Part shown: positions 61,093 through 64,000 of the stretch, in pieces
Layout of the letters: each line of letters starts with the position of its first letter
Position numbering within the stretch: position 1 is the first letter of the stretch
From: Botryllus schlosseri
Lineage: Eukaryota
DNA: 64,000 bases
NCBI GenBank assembly: GCA_051294905.1
Contig: CM119372.1
Span: forward strand, 19,902,001 to 19,966,000
Direction of reading: 5' to 3'
Notes under the pieces: generated by a model
Database searches by the model: none
What the model was told of the DNA's origin: nothing
Seen by the model: only the letters and a program-made list of their open reading frames with translations
Program-made: the position numbers and the translations under genes

Positions 61093-62050
61093 TAGAAAGA
61101 CCAAATGGTTTCGATATCCAACAGCTTACCCTCCCCCACCTTGTTAACTGTGATGTTCCTCAATGCTCAGTTCGTGGACCGGTCCTTTTTACTTTATATG
61201 TCAATGATATCTTTGAAACATCGTCATTGAATACCACACTGTTCGCTGACGATACTCACCTCCTATCTCACGCATCTACTACCGCAAGCTTGAATGCCGT
61301 CACCCGTGATTAAATGCCCAAAGTGCATGAGTGTACGTCCCATAATAGCCTTCGGGTTAACTTTGTAAAATCCCAATTATTGGTCGTGAACTCCTGCGTT
61401 AAATTAACCGTTGACATCGCTGGCCAACCAATTTCCAACGCTAAAACTGTCAAATACCTTGGTGTTTTACTGGATTCGGACATGTCTTGGGAGAGTCACA
61501 TACAATCACTCAAACCACAACTATCGACGGTATAAGGTCTGTAACGTCACCTTAGTTATACTCTGCCAGCAGTTAGGGTTCCGTTGATAGGCTACTCTTC
61601 AAAACTCTATTTCTATCAAAGTTACAATACGGCATTCTTTGCTGGGGTGCTGCCAGCAAGAATACGATTGACCCACTGCAAAAACTACAACATCGGATCA
61701 TCCGTATCATTTCCAAAGCCCCACGGGGGACTGGATGTGCAACTGATAAATCGCTACTCAAAAGATTTGGTGTTCTAAACATAGAAGATATGAGGAAGCT
61801 AGAAATTGCCAAGTTTATGTATCAGTTCCATTACGGTCACCGTCCCTCAAATTTCAACGACTACTTCATCTCGTAGTCAAAAGCGCACAAGTAGGGCACA
61901 CGCGCGTCAACGAAGAACGACTATCATATGATCTCTATCAAGTATACCGGACCCCAATTGTGGAACAGCATCTCGCGGGCTATCAGACGAGCATGTACGC
62001 ATTCAAATCAAGTCGAAATACAAGCAATCTCCTCTAAATGAATACTAGTC
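61093..62050 (+). pseudogene. Decayed non-LTR retrotransposon (CR1/L2-group LINE) reverse-transcriptase 3' fragment
   Basis: Motifs VPQCSVRGPVLFTLYVND (GVPQGSVLGP-like), LFADDT, KYLGVLLDSDMSWESHI and LEIAKFMYQFH, interrupted by stops and frameshifts. Confidence 0.9.
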
Positions 62051-64000
62051 AGCCTTCATGATCACCGGACCACGACCTAACATATCGACTCGCCTTCCGC
62101 CACATGCCACCTCATTTTGTCGCTTGCCTTTTATATTCTCTGCTTTACTTTTCATTCAGTGTTCAACTGCGTATGCCTCTTCTCTACTTCGCCTACCTAG
62201 GCCAAAGTGGGTGTCTGATCTCAAAGATATCAATGAAAATATCGGAAGGTGCCGAAGCGACTTGGAGTAGTCTATGGAATCAGACACCCAGCTTGGCCTG
62301 GGCGATGTAAAGAGGAGGCATGCACATTGCACAGTTGCACACTGATGAACTTTCCGTACTCAAATGTCTTTATTCTTAATCTTCTCGCAAATATCGCAAA
62401 GGTTACTTTTCCAAAGCTCTAGTTGAAAGCCGAATGCCATTGATTGCACCAAGTTATTTCTTTAGTAAATTCAAACTCGAAATATATACCCCAGATACGG
62501 ATTGCCGCCCATACCTTCCATTTTATGACCGCTAGAAGGCGCTGGAAGTATATGTTTGAAAATATTATGCTAATCTCATAAATGGCGATTGCGTGCATGC
62601 CGGAGCGTTCATAATAATCGTCGATGAGAAAGGTGATGTGCAATATGAGTCGGGATATCAAGATGTTCTGGATATCCCTGGATATTACTAAGTCACAGCT
62701 GTTTATAAAAGCATTGTCTGCCAAGAATAGAAACTTGTTAATACTGGCTCGGACAAGTTGTCAACATTACCCATCCACTCGCCAATTTTTATTCAGATGC
62801 ATTCGTCGTCCTACGTATTGTATTCCCTTGCTAGAAACACGCCTTCGCTGTTCAATGTGGGCAGTCGTATTCTTTCGCTCTTATCGTGTTTTTTCTCGCG
62901 TCTATGAATTAATCCCAGAGCTTTACTGTTCGGACACATTTCATGCCCGACAATCACGTGTATCAAACAGGAAAATAAAATAATAGTACGAACACGGAAC
63001 TTAAAGAATTCCATTGCAGTAATAACGGAAAGTAACTAGATATAAATATTAACTATAAAATGAGTTGCACGAGTATCATCATAAAGTAAAGAAGGTGGCC
63101 TAACATAAACGCTAAACAGTTTGCTGTCTTTTCTCGCCTGGTAGTTCAGTAAAAGAAGTAGATTCAGCCGATGAAATGCTTTCAGTGTAATACCTTTTCT
63201 TTCCTTCTTTCAGCATTTTCCTGATGAAGATGAAAGTGAATGGTTTAGCAAATTAGTCGCATTAGACACCGCATATCCCACTTGAGGGAGCATAAGTGAA
63301 TCTGATAGCCTCTATTGCTAGTCGTCTCATTGAACTGGGAGGGTTTTTATGAGTTATATTTTATCGGGTAATGCATTACCCGTCTGAGAGAACATAAATC
63401 GACAATTCAATGATCGTTGCTTGACAAATCCTGCAAGCCACAGGAATGATTGGAGATGTATAAGGCGACTTACTTCGCCGTCTCTCTTGGAAACTCAATT
63501 ATAATATCTACATATCAGGAAAATATCACTAGTCATCAATGTCAATTTCCGTTATAGACATGTCACAGCGAATGGATGCACTGAATTCGCACTCGGTCTT
63601 ATTGAAGCTTTTGTCCCCAAGGGCGTAGTCGGGCTGTCGGATTTTGATTAATAGCACACTCTACGTTGTCACGAAATTGGAGAATTTATTTGGCCTTGTC
63701 TCTCTTCCTTCGTCAACGCTTTTTAAGCGTTATATATGTCAACAAATTTCACTCCGACTGCTCTATAGGCATAGAGCAGTATGAATAGTGTATAATGCGG
63801 GTAAATTACAATGTCCGCACAGCGCGGACGGCTGCAAATTCACGCAGTTGCGATGTAAAAGCTCCGTTTGATGACAAATGTTGATTTATTTGCGGGATAT
63901 ACTTCGGGACGGAGTGAGACGGAAATATTTTCTAAAAAACACTGTCTATATAGGCATGTCAGCGGCAAACGTACCGGCGTTTCTTCACGATAAGTAAAAT

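Noticed and set aside
60876-61313. 145-aa ORF as an intact gene
   Set aside because: The first half is family A MITE sequence and the second half is decayed LINE RT; the ORF is chimeric.

Overview
AT-rich eukaryotic genomic DNA, most likely an ascidian or other invertebrate chordate. This is an inference from the 56-73 nt minimal introns, the domain mix and the repeat landscape. The only well-supported gene is a long minus-strand multi-exon gene (about 45428 to 11828), which I rebuilt by hand from GT-AG sites and intron phases. From 42324 to the stop at 11828, 30 exons join into one open frame of about 1346 codons. The domain order is SEA-like x2, an acidic/Pro-rich linker, CCP(sushi) x2, 14 compact thrombospondin type-1 repeats (one per phase 1-1 exon, each apparently lacking one disulfide pair), a C-terminal VWA domain with MIDAS, and an acidic Ser-Gly tail. 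No transmembrane segment is present. Two probable signal-peptide exons lie at 45234-45428, but their link to the rest is unresolved. The remaining sequence is dominated by non-autonomous hAT-type elements. I verified 8-bp target-site duplications for 17 of them, including a 40-bp minimal element and a 657-bp foldback. There are also tRNA-derived SINEs, a telomere-like (CCCTAA) element and a decayed CR1/L2-type LINE fragment. I found no transposase gene, true tRNA/rRNA gene or CRISPR array.
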